This document shows positions 1 to 13,886 of a stretch of 64,000 nt of DNA, piece after piece. This DNA comes from Paraspadella gotoi. Lineage: Eukaryota > Animalia > Chaetognatha. Location: contig CM119264.1 of assembly GCA_051294375.1 (NCBI GenBank), positions 19,041,590-19,105,589 of the forward strand, in the 5' to 3' direction. The stretch's first letter is position 1. Each line of letters starts with the position of its first letter. The notes under the pieces were generated by a model. That model saw only the letters and a list, made by a program, of their open reading frames with translations. It was not told the DNA's origin and made no database searches. Made by a program: the position numbers and the translations under genes.

Positions 1-225
1 CCCATCAACCCCCTTGTCCTCGGCCTGAAACCTCCCCGTTCTAGAAATGAGAAATGATGGCGTTTGAACGTGAATTTTCTCTCGCGGCGGAAACACTTTC
101 TCATCATGTTGCTCTTCACTTTTGAAAAAAAAACCTTTTTTTTTCATCGAAGGTACTACTTCTTTTCTTTCCTCTCTTTTCTCCGTTTTTTCCTTGGCTC
201 AGTTTTTGTTTTTATCCTCTCTCTC

Positions 226-289
<64 letters not shown>

Positions 290-295
290 TCTCTC

Positions 296-337
<42 letters not shown>

Positions 338-1050
338 TTCCACTTCGTATTCTTTTCCCCTTTTTTCGGTTTCTGTTTTTTTTTTCTTGAAAAGACGAAG
401 ACGAAACTCATCGATCATCCGCGTCTTCTTCGTCGCGACGTCGACAGGACGCGATCCTCACGTGACTCAGACGATCACGTGATTCCCAAGCCTACGCGAA
501 TGACGCGTGATCATCGACGAACGCGTGCGCGGACGCTCCGCGTGCGACGCGTCACCTCGACAGTGACGCCCGGACGTGTCGGCGCTGTCGTCGCTTTGAT
601 AAATGGTGCCGCGGAGATAGGGCCTTATGTTTACGTCATCGCGAGTTAACGACCGGAAACGGTTGATCGAGAGTCCGAATTCCGGGGCGAGGGCGGAGAC
701 GGCGCCGTCTCGCGATTCCATCGGGGATTTGTGTTCCGCGGTGACGATCGACTCTCGGGTCGTCGACCTACTCTTGTCTCGTTGGGTACGTCAAATGAAT
801 TGGCTATACACGGGCCAACTCGTAAAATAAAGAAAGATAAGCAGTTTTAAATATGTTATAAATATTCACCGATTTCCTATTTTTAGTCGGATCTGCTTAT
901 CAGCATGATGTGTGTGATTAAGCAGAATTTAACATTTCTATGGAGGAGTGGAAATTATTTGCATGAAAAAAACAACATTCAAGTAGACAAGATATTTTAT
1001 TATTTATGTTTACTCATAATAGTTTAAATTAGTTATTTAATTAATTAAAT

Positions 1051-1288
1051 TGAAAAAAATGATGCAATTTAAGAAAAATGATGCAAGTTGAAAAACTGAT
1101 GATGGTTAAAAAAAGTATGCAAGATAAAAAAATTAGGCGAGTTAAAAAAATGGTGCAAGTTGAAAAATGGTGTAAGTTGAAAAAATGATGCCAATTAAAA
1201 AAATGTGCAAATTGAAAAAATGATGCGAGTTTAAAAAATTATGCGAGGTAAAAAAATGATGCAAGTTGAAAAAATGGTGCGAGTTTTA
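1051..1288. repeat. Minisatellite, ~19-20-bp unit, consensus TGATGCAAGTTGAAAAAA, about 12 copies
   Basis: Directly visible degenerate tandem units with no unique spacers. Confidence 0.85.
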
Positions 1289-2446
1289 ATCCCTTGCAAG
1301 CGATTTACATGTATAGGCGCAGCCATTGGTTTGGTATGGTACGATCTGTTATTATCAGTAAGGATCACAAATTGAAAGAATTATCGTCATTTATCATCTG
1401 ATAAGCTGATTACCTCTTAATTATCGTAGGCAGATCCGACATTGTTTGCTCAAACTTGTTAATAACATTAAACGAATATCTAATTCGGGTCTACCTACGT
1501 AGTATGAAATGTATTCGTTCGGTTTAAATAAGTTTATACTCGTGAGTACTGAGTAGTATGAGTTGTATAGAATGATACATTTTTTTCTGTTCCTATTCCC
1601 ACGAACCTAATATTTTCCTCGAAAAAGTGAAAAATAGAAAGAAATGTAAATTGTTTAGAAATAACAATCGTTTCGGGCTTGTGACGTCTTTCACGTTTCA
1701 TACTTTCTCCTCTGTGTCCAACGATCACTTTTGCCTTTGTAAATTCTTTTTTAAAAATTATCTTCTTTCCAATTTTCTTCGCATTTTGTTCCCCTTCATT
1801 TCTTTTTACTACCATCTTTTGTTCCGCCTTTCCCTTTTCTCTGCTCCTTTTCCCATCCCGTTTTCCCCTTTCCTCTTCTTTTTCCTTTTTGCTCTTTTTT
1901 TTCCCTCTTTTTTTCATCAGCGACTCTTCCGTTCCTCTTCCTCTTCCTCCTCTTCTACTATGTTTTTTTGTCACTTTTTCGATCGAACGAAACTGAAGAA
2001 GAACACAGAATGAGAGAGGAGGAATAATAAAAATGAAAAATACTTTTTTTCATCTCCATCAGCATATTTTTCAAATATTTTTTTAAACAATTTTTTTTTA
2101 CTTGTGTTTAATTATTAAAATATAGATTTTCATTCGTTTCTTTATATTAACTTTCTTTTTAATCTATTTTATCTCTTGTCCTTTCTCACTTCATTTTTCT
2201 TTCCTCCTGATTTTACCACTAGTTCTCCGCAGCCTTTCTCTTTCCATTATTTTCTTTCACCCATTTCTTGTCTCTCCATTCTTCTTTTTCTTTTTCTTTT
2301 TCACTTTCTTCCCTTTCTTCCGTTTCGTTTATTTCCTTTCCTCCGCTTCCTCCTCTTCCCAGTCTCTGTCACCCGCGGGTTAATTTTGTTGTTTCGCTTT
2401 TTCGCCCAAAAAAATCTTATGGGTTTCCCCTTTTTTAGTATTCTTG

Positions 2447-2549
<103 letters not shown>

Positions 2550-3495
2550 TTTTTTTTTCACGAGCCCTGTCTCTTTCCTTTCTCTCGCTCTCGCTCCCTC
2601 CCTTTTTTGGAGGGTGAATAGAACTTTTGACTCGTGAAATCGAAGAAACTGATGGGGAAATCTGGTGGAGCGGAACAAGTTTAATTAAATGTTATATGTT
2701 AACGGTTAAAACCAGTCCCGTCGGCGAATTTGTCAACTTATCCGTTTTTTAATGAACATCAGAAGATTAAGTTAAAGAGTGACAGTAAAGCACTCTGCGA
2801 CTGGTATGGCTTTTGATAATTTATTATAAGTATCATTGAAATGTTACTTATTTTATGAAACAATGATGAAACTTATGACCTTAAATGAATTTTCGAGTAA
2901 AACACAGAAGGATGAAGTTTTCCGATTTTCGTTTGAACATTCAATTCATCATCACTCAAATTTTTTCGACTTACCCAATATAGTGGTGAGGAGCAGAAAT
3001 GAAATCGGATGATTCGATTCAACGATTAGAAATAGAATTGGAGAAAGCAAAGAGTAATTCGATGCTTATCGACGTTTAACCCGAAAATTAATGGAGAAGG
3101 AGATTCGGAAAGGAAAGGAGTCGCATAAGGAAGGAGGAAAGGAAAGGGGAAAATTAAGGGACAATTAAAAATGGAAGAAAAAATAGGGAATTTTTTTATT
3201 TTTCTTTACATTTTTAAAAATCTTTTGCCCTTTATCATCTTTAACAAACCTAACAAAAGAATATAAAATCTTTACATCTTTTTTATCGCTTATCAATCAC
3301 CCTCGGTCAATCTTCCACCAAAAGAAACGTGCAATATGTATCGTTTTTTAAACTGTAAGCAACAATTTGCCCCCGACGGCGCGCGCCGGGAGAAAAGGGA
3401 GGGAAAAAAGTTAATCTAAGCAACGATGTGATCAGATCACATTTGCATCTCATTTCCTGCATTTGCCTTTTATCCCTCTCCCCAGGAGAACGCCT

Positions 3496-3583
<88 letters not shown>

Positions 3584-3826
3584 TTGTTCAAATACCAAAT
3601 CTAATAAGGTTCTTCCTTTTCTTTGTCTTGGTCGTTGGTCGCCGACCACGCCATTGAACAAACCAAACAAAACAACAAAAATGGAGACCAGACGCAAACT
3701 TACTTAAGGAAGGCCCAAACTTCATCCCTACCTTCCCTCGTCGTTTCCTCCCTCACGACCAGCGAGGATAAAAAAAGAAGGGGAAAGAAAACAGTCTTTT
3801 TTTCGGTGGCGGAGAGAGAGAGAGAG

Positions 3827-3881
<55 letters not shown>

Positions 3882-4487
3882 ACCCCGGATCGCCAACGCC
3901 ATTTGTAAACAATCCCCGTCAGTCCGTCACTGGATGGACAAAAGGAAAGCATAAAAGAAGAAAAAAAAATGGATGTAAAAAAAATTTTGTAACAAAAGTC
4001 GCTCCCTCCTTTTTTTATTTAATAAACGGGATTGCTAGTTATATTTCCCTTCCTCCTGTCAGAAAATGTATTCATCACGCTTTGCCCCGAAAAGAAAAAA
4101 AAAATTATCGAGGAAGGAAGAGCGGAATGAAGGAGCTACTGGAGCGGACGACAGGGGAAAGGGGAGCGGCCTTTAGATTCACTGGCTAAAAGAAAAAAAA
4201 AAAGATTAAGCGATTTTCTATTTATAGAAAGTGATTCAATTAAGAAATGAGACGAGGCAGGTTTCTAAGCTCCGGGTCCTCCTAATTGGAGACAGAAACG
4301 CTGAAAAATTCTGCCCAAATTTATTCATTTAAAAAGAAGCGAGGACTCTCTCTTCCTTTCGGTTTAAACGATGGGACCGATTGACACCGAAATAGATTCT
4401 TCTCAGGTTTTAAAAATAACCTAATCTAATTTTTTACATGTGCGAAACAAGTCTCAGCACTCCGGATTCATCGTTGCCAGTCCAAAC

Positions 4488-4560
4488 GTCAGGGGCAAGA
4501 TGGATTAATTATAAGTTTTAAGAATGGATAATTTTTGTATTGATTGTCCTAATTTCGTAC
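4488..4560 (+). repeat. Short dispersed repeat, second copy at ~60520-60588
   Basis: GTCAGGGGCAAGAT...GAATGGATAATTTTT.TATTG.TTGT.C.AATTTC is shared with a TEP intron 56 kb away. Confidence 0.7.
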
Positions 4561-6524
4561 CTGCAGAAAAACCTTACCTTTCGCGTTTAAGATAAATTTA
4601 TTGTATCGAAGGTTATACAATACACATACAATTTATACACGGAACGAGCCGTATCATTCTACCCTACTAAAAATCTACTCGATTAGTGGTGTTTTCGTTG
4701 GGCGCTTTGTGAGGGAGAGAGTGGCTCCGAAAGAAGGCCAACGGGTCAAGGGTCGTTTTTATGCTGACCTTCTCTTAACTTTGACAACGAATACCTCCGG
4801 CTGACGGAGTGTCGACGGTGGAGAGAGATCGAGTGGGGTCGTGAAGCTGCGACTGGCAGGGAGGTTACACTGAGAGGCAGGAGACAATGTTGGGCTGGGG
4901 TTGGAAGAACGGGAAAAGGGAATTTAGGGGAAAAAATGTGTTTTTAAGTGATATGGACTCAAGGAAAAGTTTCGGGTGGTTCGAAAGAATCAGTAACCGA
5001 TAATGTTAAAGATACGTAAATAAAGATTTTATTATTTTATAAATCAGTATTTATAAATACTTTTTAAGATAAGCGCTGGTCCCAAATAACGGTTGTTTGG
5101 TAGTTCACATGAAACCTAAAAGTAAAATTGTCTGGAAGTGGAAAAGAACGAATGACGATTTGTGATGAGCGTGTAAAGAAAGCTGTGGGAGAAGGTCATT
5201 TTTCTTTTTCAAATTTCTTTTCAAAGTGGAGAATGACAAATGTGTTTAAGTATTCGTTAAGACAAAAGCGCCCATGACAAATCGTATGATAAGAGGGATA
5301 GACAAAGCATTACAATTTAATTGGGGATGAGCGAAGGAGTGTGCAAGCGTGATAGCGCCAGATTTGTTTGTCCGTGTGCAAAGTCGAGCGCGCCATGGCG
5401 AGATAGCGCGTGATCGACACAGGGGGAGTGGGGGGGGCGTGAGGCGGAGCGAAATATCGGTTCTGCTCTCGGCGCGAGTATCGGACTCGGATATCGGGCG
5501 ACCGCTTTTCAAATGACCCTTTTTATTATCCGCCCACCAACGAAGGTTGTGGAGAGTCTTAAACGAATTCAGGAGGGGGGAATGATATAATATCGAGTGC
5601 GGAAAAGTCTAAGGGATATCCTTCCATTCGAGATGTTTAAGTACATCCATTTATTTTTGGGAAAAATATATATTGCTGAAGTGCATTTCATTGTCACCTC
5701 AAAAGACGAGTCAATTTTATTCCGATGGTTTTTTTTTCATCATTATGAATTAAAAGATTTCGATTCTTGCCGGATTCAACATGTCAGTTATAATTCATGC
5801 ATAAACATGAAAATCCCGTTTCCCATCCTAAAGAGAAAATGAAAGAGAAAAACGAGGGTGAGAATGTGAGCCGAAGCGGAAAGGACAAATATTGAGAAAA
5901 AGAAGGAAAGAAAGAAAAAGGAGAGAATGATTGGATTCGGGACGAAGTTCAAAGAAATAACCGAGCAGGAAACTTACCCTCTAAGGGTAGGGTATTCCTC
6001 GCCTCTCCCACCTTGTTGACTCATCTTCCGTCGAAACTTTTGATCTTCCAGTTTTGAAATTCATGGAAAGCGACAGCAGAAATGGAAAGTTGTTTCTGTC
6101 GATGATGTTAACAGATAAAACATTCGGAATAATGTTAAATTGATAAATACGTACCAGTTATTAAAGAAATTAATGAATAGAGATTCAAAAATTAACATTG
6201 AACTAGTTACTGAATTCTATGTATATCCTCCGACAAATACAAATAATCTCTGGAAAACGTAAACGCCGAAAGGTTGGCGCAAGGATACTGACGACAAAGA
6301 ACCACACTCATATAACTGAATGGAACTAAGTATTCCTGCCAAAGTTGAAAAAAAAATATGACTGTTTTCCATTTTTCCTTCCTCTAGCAAAACAGGTTCG
6401 AATCAGGTAAATACATGATTTGAATAAAAAATCTGTGAATAAAAAAAAGAGAAAAAAATTATTGAATTCAAATCTTTGAAACAGAAAGGAAGTGCGGTAG
6501 AAGTTGGTAGGGATTTTAAAATGC

Positions 6525-6599
<75 letters not shown>

Positions 6600-6908
6600 T
6601 CAGTGAGTGAGCGAGTGAGTGAGAAAGAGAGAGAAAGAGAAAGAGAACCTTAAAGGTAACTTAGTGAAAGAAAGGCGAACGATAGAAAGTGGAGCAGATA
6701 AGAACAAAGTCAAAAAAATAGATAAGGTAAAGTTGGAAAAAGGGAACAGAGAAAAATTAAGCACGAAAAACGGTAGGCTTGGAAAGAGAAAGAAATAAAG
6801 AGAGAAGAGAAAAAAGAGAGAGAAAAAAATTTGTAGAAGATATGACTGCAGCAGAGGGACGTCGAATGAATGAGAACGAGCGATTGTGCGAGAAAAGAAA
6901 GAGAGAGA

Positions 6909-6992
<84 letters not shown>

Positions 6993-7286
6993 AGAAACGC
7001 GTTCTCGGAGTCTCTTCTTGCTCAATCATCATGTGATTTTCTAATTTCATCATAAAGTCAGATTAATTAAAACCGCGGTCATTTTTGCTCAAACGTCATC
7101 GAGAGGAAAAAAATAAATAAAGATCGTCGCGTTGAGTTGAAATCGCTCGAGCGAAACCCAAAATTAAAAAAGAAAAAAATGAGAAAAACGTTTGAATAAA
7201 AACGAAAATTTATGGAGCGGGAAGAGTGAAAAGCTCTTAACTTTTGGAGCCCCGTTATGGGGACGCCGCCTTAACTTGGAATTATG

Positions 7287-7353
<67 letters not shown>

Positions 7354-7852
7354 TCTCTCGTTCCGCTTAACTGAATTCCAAATATGTCATACAGCGTTGG
7401 AGATGGTGCACAAGGGTTTTACAAACGGTTGGTTGTCTCTCGAATAGTTTTTTCAGCGTTTGACTAACCGCATTTGCTCTGAAAAAAATTTAGCTGTAGT
7501 GTGAATCAATAGGACAGATTAGTTGTAACCTTAACTTAAGATGCTAAAAAAAATGGAGGTTTGCACGTTTAAAATTCGTCAGAGGAAAGTAACGCGCGAG
7601 GCTCTCGGCAATTCTGGCGATCCAGGCGTCATTCCCATCCAAATTTGGTCGACGCTGCCATTCACTCTCGATGCTCTTTTTTTTGTGTGTGCCGTTTTTG
7701 CGGATTTTGTTGCCTTTTGTTTTTGTTTTGGTTTGATTTCGTTTCTGCGACAGAAGATAAGAACAGAAAAAGCATCGTCGTTATCTGTTGTTTTTGACTA
7801 TCGCTCAGGTTTCGAATGTAAACAAACCTCTTTAAGGAAGGGAGAGAGAAGG

Positions 7853-7897
<45 letters not shown>

Positions 7898-9260
7898 CGA
7901 GGGAGAGTGAGAGTGATATCATGTGGGGAGGAAAAAATAAAGTGATAAAAACAACGTATAGTGGGTATGTAAAATTGAACATACCTAAACAGAAAAAAGA
8001 GACATTTGATCATTTTTTAAATTAATAGTACAACCCAAGAACGTATTTCTTTAAAATTTACTCTGTTGAAGGAAGTACGTACATACGTACGTTGAATTTT
8101 TAGCAACGCTTCCACGCACGATCGGCCAAAGTTATCCTACTGCTGATTTTTTTCCCAATTTTCTTGGGTTATTTTCTTTTTTTAAAAAAAGGGAAGGAGG
8201 TGACACATTCCTCTCGGAAATACGAAGATGATTTGATATATGGTCTCCAATAAATGCGAAGTAAACCCTATAAATCAACTTGAAATATAATGGTGGTCAA
8301 ACATTTATTAATATTTTTAATTAAAACCAAGGTATTGATTAATAATTATCATCATAAGACGTAAGACCTCGTCGTTTTTTCCAGACATTTGAGGAGGAGT
8401 GAGGAACGAGGCGTATTTTTTAGATGGAGGAACGTAATTTGGGTAAGAACTGAGAACGCATGCAGCGCAAACACGGGGCGGGTGATCCGCTTCCTCCATT
8501 CTAAATGGAAGACAAGAGACAAGAGATTTTTTTCCTGAGAGCAGAGGAAGCAAGGAGCTGGAAGGAAAAGAGAAGAGAAGAAAATGAGAAAAGATAAGAA
8601 AGGAGAAGAAAGGAAAGGAAAAGTGAAAATAAAAGTGAAAATAAAAAAAAAAGAGAAAATAGGAAGAGAGAGAGAATAAGAAAAGGAAAATTGAAAGGAG
8701 ATAAAAGAAGAAATGAAAGGAGAAAAAATATAAAAGTGAAAAAATGGTGAAAGGAGGAAAAGAAATAAAATGAGAGAGAGAGAAGCAAGGAGACGAAATA
8801 ATGAAAGAGGGAAGGGAAAAACCTTGTCAGCGTTTCCGCGGATTAACGCAATTTTCGTCCGCTTGCTTGCTTGTTCTTTTTTTTTTTCGGCGTAAAGGAC
8901 GCAAAATGGAAATTTTGCGTCAGTATAAGGATACCAAATTAAAATTTAAATTGTCCTTCTATATTTGTTTTATAAACGTTTTGATTTGATCAAAGATTCT
9001 TCAGATTAGGAAAATAGCACTTATCTCGTGCTCACTTCAAACATTAAACCATTTTCGGCGAGACCTGCATTTTCATTACTGCTTTCTGCTCCATTTACCA
9101 TGCGTTATCCATGTCTTTCCTGTCTCCAGTGTCGGGTCGCCATGCCTTCAATCCAATCATCCGAGATTAAAATCCGCCACCAGAACCCGCGAGACGAAAA
9201 CCTTTTAACCCAAATAATCTTTTTTTAACCGTCCACTTTCACTATTTTTTTTTCGGCCAA

Positions 9261-9296
9261 ATGTCAAAGGTCAAAAAAGGTCATCGACCCTGACCC
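9261..9296. promoter_or_regulatory. Cluster of nuclear-receptor half-sites including a perfect DR4
   Basis: ATGTCA-A-AGGTCA-AAAA-AGGTCA-T-CGACCC-TGACCC. Confidence 0.35.
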
Positions 9297-9440
9297 GAAT
9301 TCTCAATTCGTCTATGGCTACAAATTCGGGCTCAAGGGTCAGCATTGGCTTTCCTCTCTTTATTTTTTCATTCGGCCTCCATTTAATCTCTGTCTCGCTC
9401 TCCCTATCTCCTCTACTCAACTCTTCCTCATTCCCCTTTG

Positions 9441-9517
<77 letters not shown>

Positions 9518-10306
9518 CTCTCTCTTTTCTCTTTTCTCTCTCTCTCTATTTCATTCCCTTTAACTCTCCTTTTTTTATTACTCGACTCTTATTGTCTTTT
9601 ACCGTCGGGCCATAATTTCTCAATTTCGCCAGCCCACATTTCTTATTTTCTTATTCTCAAACAAATTTTTCATTGTCTCGGAAAAATTTATTTGTTGTGT
9701 GGATGGAATGGTGCGTGATCCCAAGGCCGATTGGAATAATTTAGTCGAGGTCCTCAAAAATGATTTTCCGCCTGAAAAGTTATACTAAATCGTAAATAAC
9801 TATGTATTTAAGGGGATGAGGACAAATAATACGTGAGGACGCCACTTAAGGAACTACCATTACGACAATACAAACCCCGACAACCCGGACGCGGGCGTGA
9901 CTGGTTGGAGGGCGTCGCGTTTAGAGCGACATCTCATTTTCTAATATCCTATAATTTCGCGTGTTTACATCCAAATTCTTGAGTCGTCCTTCGAAACAGT
10001 TTTCATTCGAAACTCGCACCGGCCATTTTTCTTTATTTCTCTCTTCTCCTATCTTTCCTTCCTTTGCCTTCGGATTCTTACCTTTTCTACGGAGCTTGCA
10101 TATTTTTTTTTTTTTTTTTTTGTAGCTTATTGCGTTTTCTATTCTTAGATTTGTCACTATATATCTATACGTACATATCTGTTTCTTTCTATTTTCTCTT
10201 CTTTCTTTCTTTCTTCTTTCTTTCTTTCTTCTTTCTTTCTTTCTTCTTTCTTTCTTCTTTCTTTCTTTCTTTTCTTCTCTTTCTTACACATTTTTATCCT
10301 TTTTAC

Positions 10307-10405
<99 letters not shown>

Positions 10406-11805
10406 CTTAAACCCACCCTTTCCTTATTCACCCTCTTTCTTCTGCGTGCGAGGATCGAAAGGGTGGATCTTCCCAAGGCCACAGGATGAATGACTGAATG
10501 CCGTGGGCCCGAAAAACGGCACACGTTATCATATTAGGATATTTTTTTCTCCCGCTGGATCGGCGGGGGCAAAAATGTCTTTACTCTCTCTTTTTCCCTT
10601 CGGTTCTCCGCTATCAGCCTCTCCGACTTCCGATGTCCTGTCTTCGCGATGTCGTGTCGCTTTTTTTGTCTCTTGCCTTTAGTTACGTGTCACGTCATTA
10701 ATCATCGCTTTTGGTCAAATCATTTCTTTTTCCATTATTAAATATGGGGCAAGGATGGATAGAAAACAAGGGGTTCATAGACCTTATAGACGAAAAGTTA
10801 AACAAAATATTTAACGATGTAGTACAATGGAAATTAGAAAATATTTTTTTGAATCGTAATCGCATTTGAAATTTTGAAATAATCCCCATTCAAGGGAACC
10901 CGTTTTCTTCGACTGATGGTTCTCAACATTTTGTCCAACCCTCAAGCATCGACATTCGACAAGTTCGACCATCGCACCCCAAGGAGTTGAACCCTCGAAC
11001 CACTTACCTTCTTTGTTTCTTTGTTTGCGTCGTTTTTTCGTTATTTTTATTTCTCCGACAGCAGTAATGACGAAGTCGGAAAACACGGTTACGACGGTAA
11101 AGAGACCCTTAGCCGGAAATGGTTCCTCGGGCGTTGCCGAAAAGAATCGTCTGGTTCGGACGAAATGAGGCTTCGGGCCCAAGAAAATGGGTCGAGGAAA
11201 ATATGGGGCGCGCCTTTGTAAATATGGTGAAGAAGATACTCGTAGGGGTCGCCCCGATAGGATAAACAACGGAGAAAATATGAGAAAAAATATAATAGAA
11301 CCCAAAGTTTGAATATTCATCAAACCTGTTGACATATAAGCGATGGGGAAGAGGTTTAGGAAGATGGAAAGAAAGTAAGCAAAAGAGGTAGTATGCAAAA
11401 GAGTATGCATAACAAAAGAGAAATGAGAACATTGTAGGCAAAAACGGCAAAGGTCATCGCCGTACATACGGAAACGCCTGGCCGAGAAAAAGTGCGGAGT
11501 TAAGACTATACTTCACAGAAGGAGATGCAGTCGGTAGCGAGGCCCTGCGATAAAGCTCTAAGCTCTCATAGTGGGATGTTATCTTTGGCATAGAAATGAT
11601 TACGTATTCATTGACGCTGGTGACAGGGTCGATGATTAAAGTGGCAACGATTCCGTCAACGTCGAGGATGATGAAGACGACGAAGAGGACGACGAAGAGG
11701 ACGACGAAGAGGACGACGATGGCTCCGTCCCTTTTACTCTTTGAAGGAATGCTTTTTTTCACGGAGTGGCCAAGAGAAATTACACCGATTCCGCGAAAAA
11801 CGACA

Positions 11806-11869
<64 letters not shown>

Positions 11870-11904
11870 GAGAGAGGCATATGGTTGACTTTCCCTCCAC
11901 TATC

Positions 11905-12100
11905 TCGACGCTGATTGGTCCAGCCGCGACTCAGGCGCGGACTTTCCTCGGCGGCGGAGTAAGTTCGCTCCTGATTCGCTCGTCTTTGCCGCGAAGGAAG
12001 AGGATTCTCTTCCTTCTCTCTCTGTTTTCGCTCCTCTTTTGATCCTCATTCGCGGGCCTAACTCTCGGATTTCGGGAGAAATTTATGATTTCTCGGTGAG
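11905..12100 (+). promoter_or_regulatory. Promoter-like CpG-rich island with CCAAT box and downstream splice donor
   Basis: CTGATTGGTC (11911-11920) in GC-rich sequence just after a (GA)n tract; the island ends at CG|GTGAGA (donor 12096), followed by AT-rich sequence. Confidence 0.35.
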
Positions 12101-12514
12101 AAAAATAACTTTTCTCAATGTGCCAATTTTCAAAAAAGGGGAAAAACTAACTTGAACGCTTGCAATTTTTTTTTCAATAGCATAGCATAGCATTGAATAA
12201 AAAAAAGTAAAATAATTTTTTTTTCATGAGCATCGGCCTTCCATGAAATATTTATGTCCCAAATTAAAAAGTTTAAAAATGTAATTTAATGAAAATAAAA
12301 ATATCAAGGTATTTTTTTCCTATAATCATTAAATAATAATTATGCTTAGCCTTAACCAGGTTACTTCTCTTTGCCAGTCTGACTCTGGTGCAAGTTTCAC
12401 TGTCTTTTGTCTGGGAATGCTGAAAGTGTTTAGAGAGGTCGCATTCGAAAAGGCCCCACGGACAAAAGTAAAACAAAAGTTTCTTCAATAATGACCATCC
12501 AGACTGCTTTTATT

Positions 12515-13278
12515 CAGTGTTTCCCAATGGTACTGTCTGTTAAGAAAAGTTTACTGCCTCTATACCAGATCAAAAAACTTTAATTCATTATAATGAATAT
12601 GCGCATAAGTATGGACTATTTTATAGGATAGCTAAATTTTAAAAATTGAATAAAGAAAACTCCTGTAGTTATTACATAAAGCAATTGTTGAAACAAAATT
12701 TTTAGTGATTTTTTAAAAAATTTTAAATAATATATTTTTTATTATTTATCAAATATTTTTTATAATAGACAGGACAGTAAGAAACTACCTCATATTTTTA
12801 TCTCCAGAGCTTTTATAATGCAGTAATCCTTATTTTTAAAATTATAAACTTACCTTGTTCATATTAATTTTTTAATTGATTTAATGATAATTTATTGAAT
12901 AAATAGCAACCATTTTGTTCTGGCTTAATGATTCAATCGCTCACAACTTCAAATAATAAAATTTAAATATCAAATTAATTAGCATGTTTTTATATATTTA
13001 TTTTATATTTGTTTATTTTTTTTATTAATGCACTTATTTTATCCAAATTGAAATTTAAATAATTTATATTCATTTAAAATATTTTTTACATAATTTTTGT
13101 AATAAAATTTATTTTAAAGTAAAAAAAGCAAAGAAAAATTAATATATAAATTGATTTCGAAATAGAGTATCATAAATGGTAAGAACTTATCTTTGACATT
13201 GTTATCTCAGAAATAACACTTAATAACACAGTTCCGCACAATATGTAAAAGTTAACCGACAGTACCATTGGGACACTG
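12515..13278. mobile_element. MITE-like element (Tc1/mariner- or hAT-like termini)
   Basis: ~28-bp imperfect TIRs: CAGTGTTTCCCAATGGTACTGTCTGTTAA (12515) and TTAACCGACAGTACCATTGGGACACTG (ends 13278). Very AT-rich non-coding interior; TA on the right flank only. Confidence 0.75.
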
Positions 13279-13886
13279 TATGTATGGTAAACACGCCGGT
13301 AAGTTCTTTTACTATTAAAATTATAAAATATACGTAATTGACTTTCATTCCATATTATTCGACTCAGCTTTTTGAATACATTGTTAATTGGATGAAATAA
13401 CTAAAAAAGCAAACAAGTATTGAAAGAGATACATTATTATTGCCGTTATTGACATGAATTTTTCAAAAATTTGTTTATATAACTTTTTTAATTATTTTTC
13501 AAGCATGATAAAATTTGCCAAAAAATATATTACAACTATAAATATAAAATTAGTACAACCAATATAAAAATTATCCATACATTTGATAAATCTTATAATA
13601 ACTTTGTTATTTTGATTAATAAAGGATATTATTGTAAAAGAGTGAAAAGCAAAAACTAAGAGAAACTTTAGGAGAGAGAGAGAAAAAGAGCCTGAGCGGT
13701 ATTTTCGAGAGTCATTCGCACCCTAGGCCCGCGACGATCGCCCGTNNNNNNNNNNCTTCACTTGAATCACGAGAGCGATTCTCGAGCAATCTCGCATCTC
13801 GCGGATAACGGCCGAAAATAAAAAGATGAGGGATTTCGTCTGTTGACGAATCGCGATGTTGCTTTGCGTGAAAAATGACCCAGTAT

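Noticed and set aside
1051-1288. CRISPR-like array
   Set aside because: Contiguous degenerate units without unique spacers, eukaryotic context and no cas genes.
11502-11518. AAGACTATACTTCACAG resembles the U3 snoRNA 5' end
   Set aside because: The following GATCATTTC of box A is missing and no boxes B/C/D are properly placed; likely chance.
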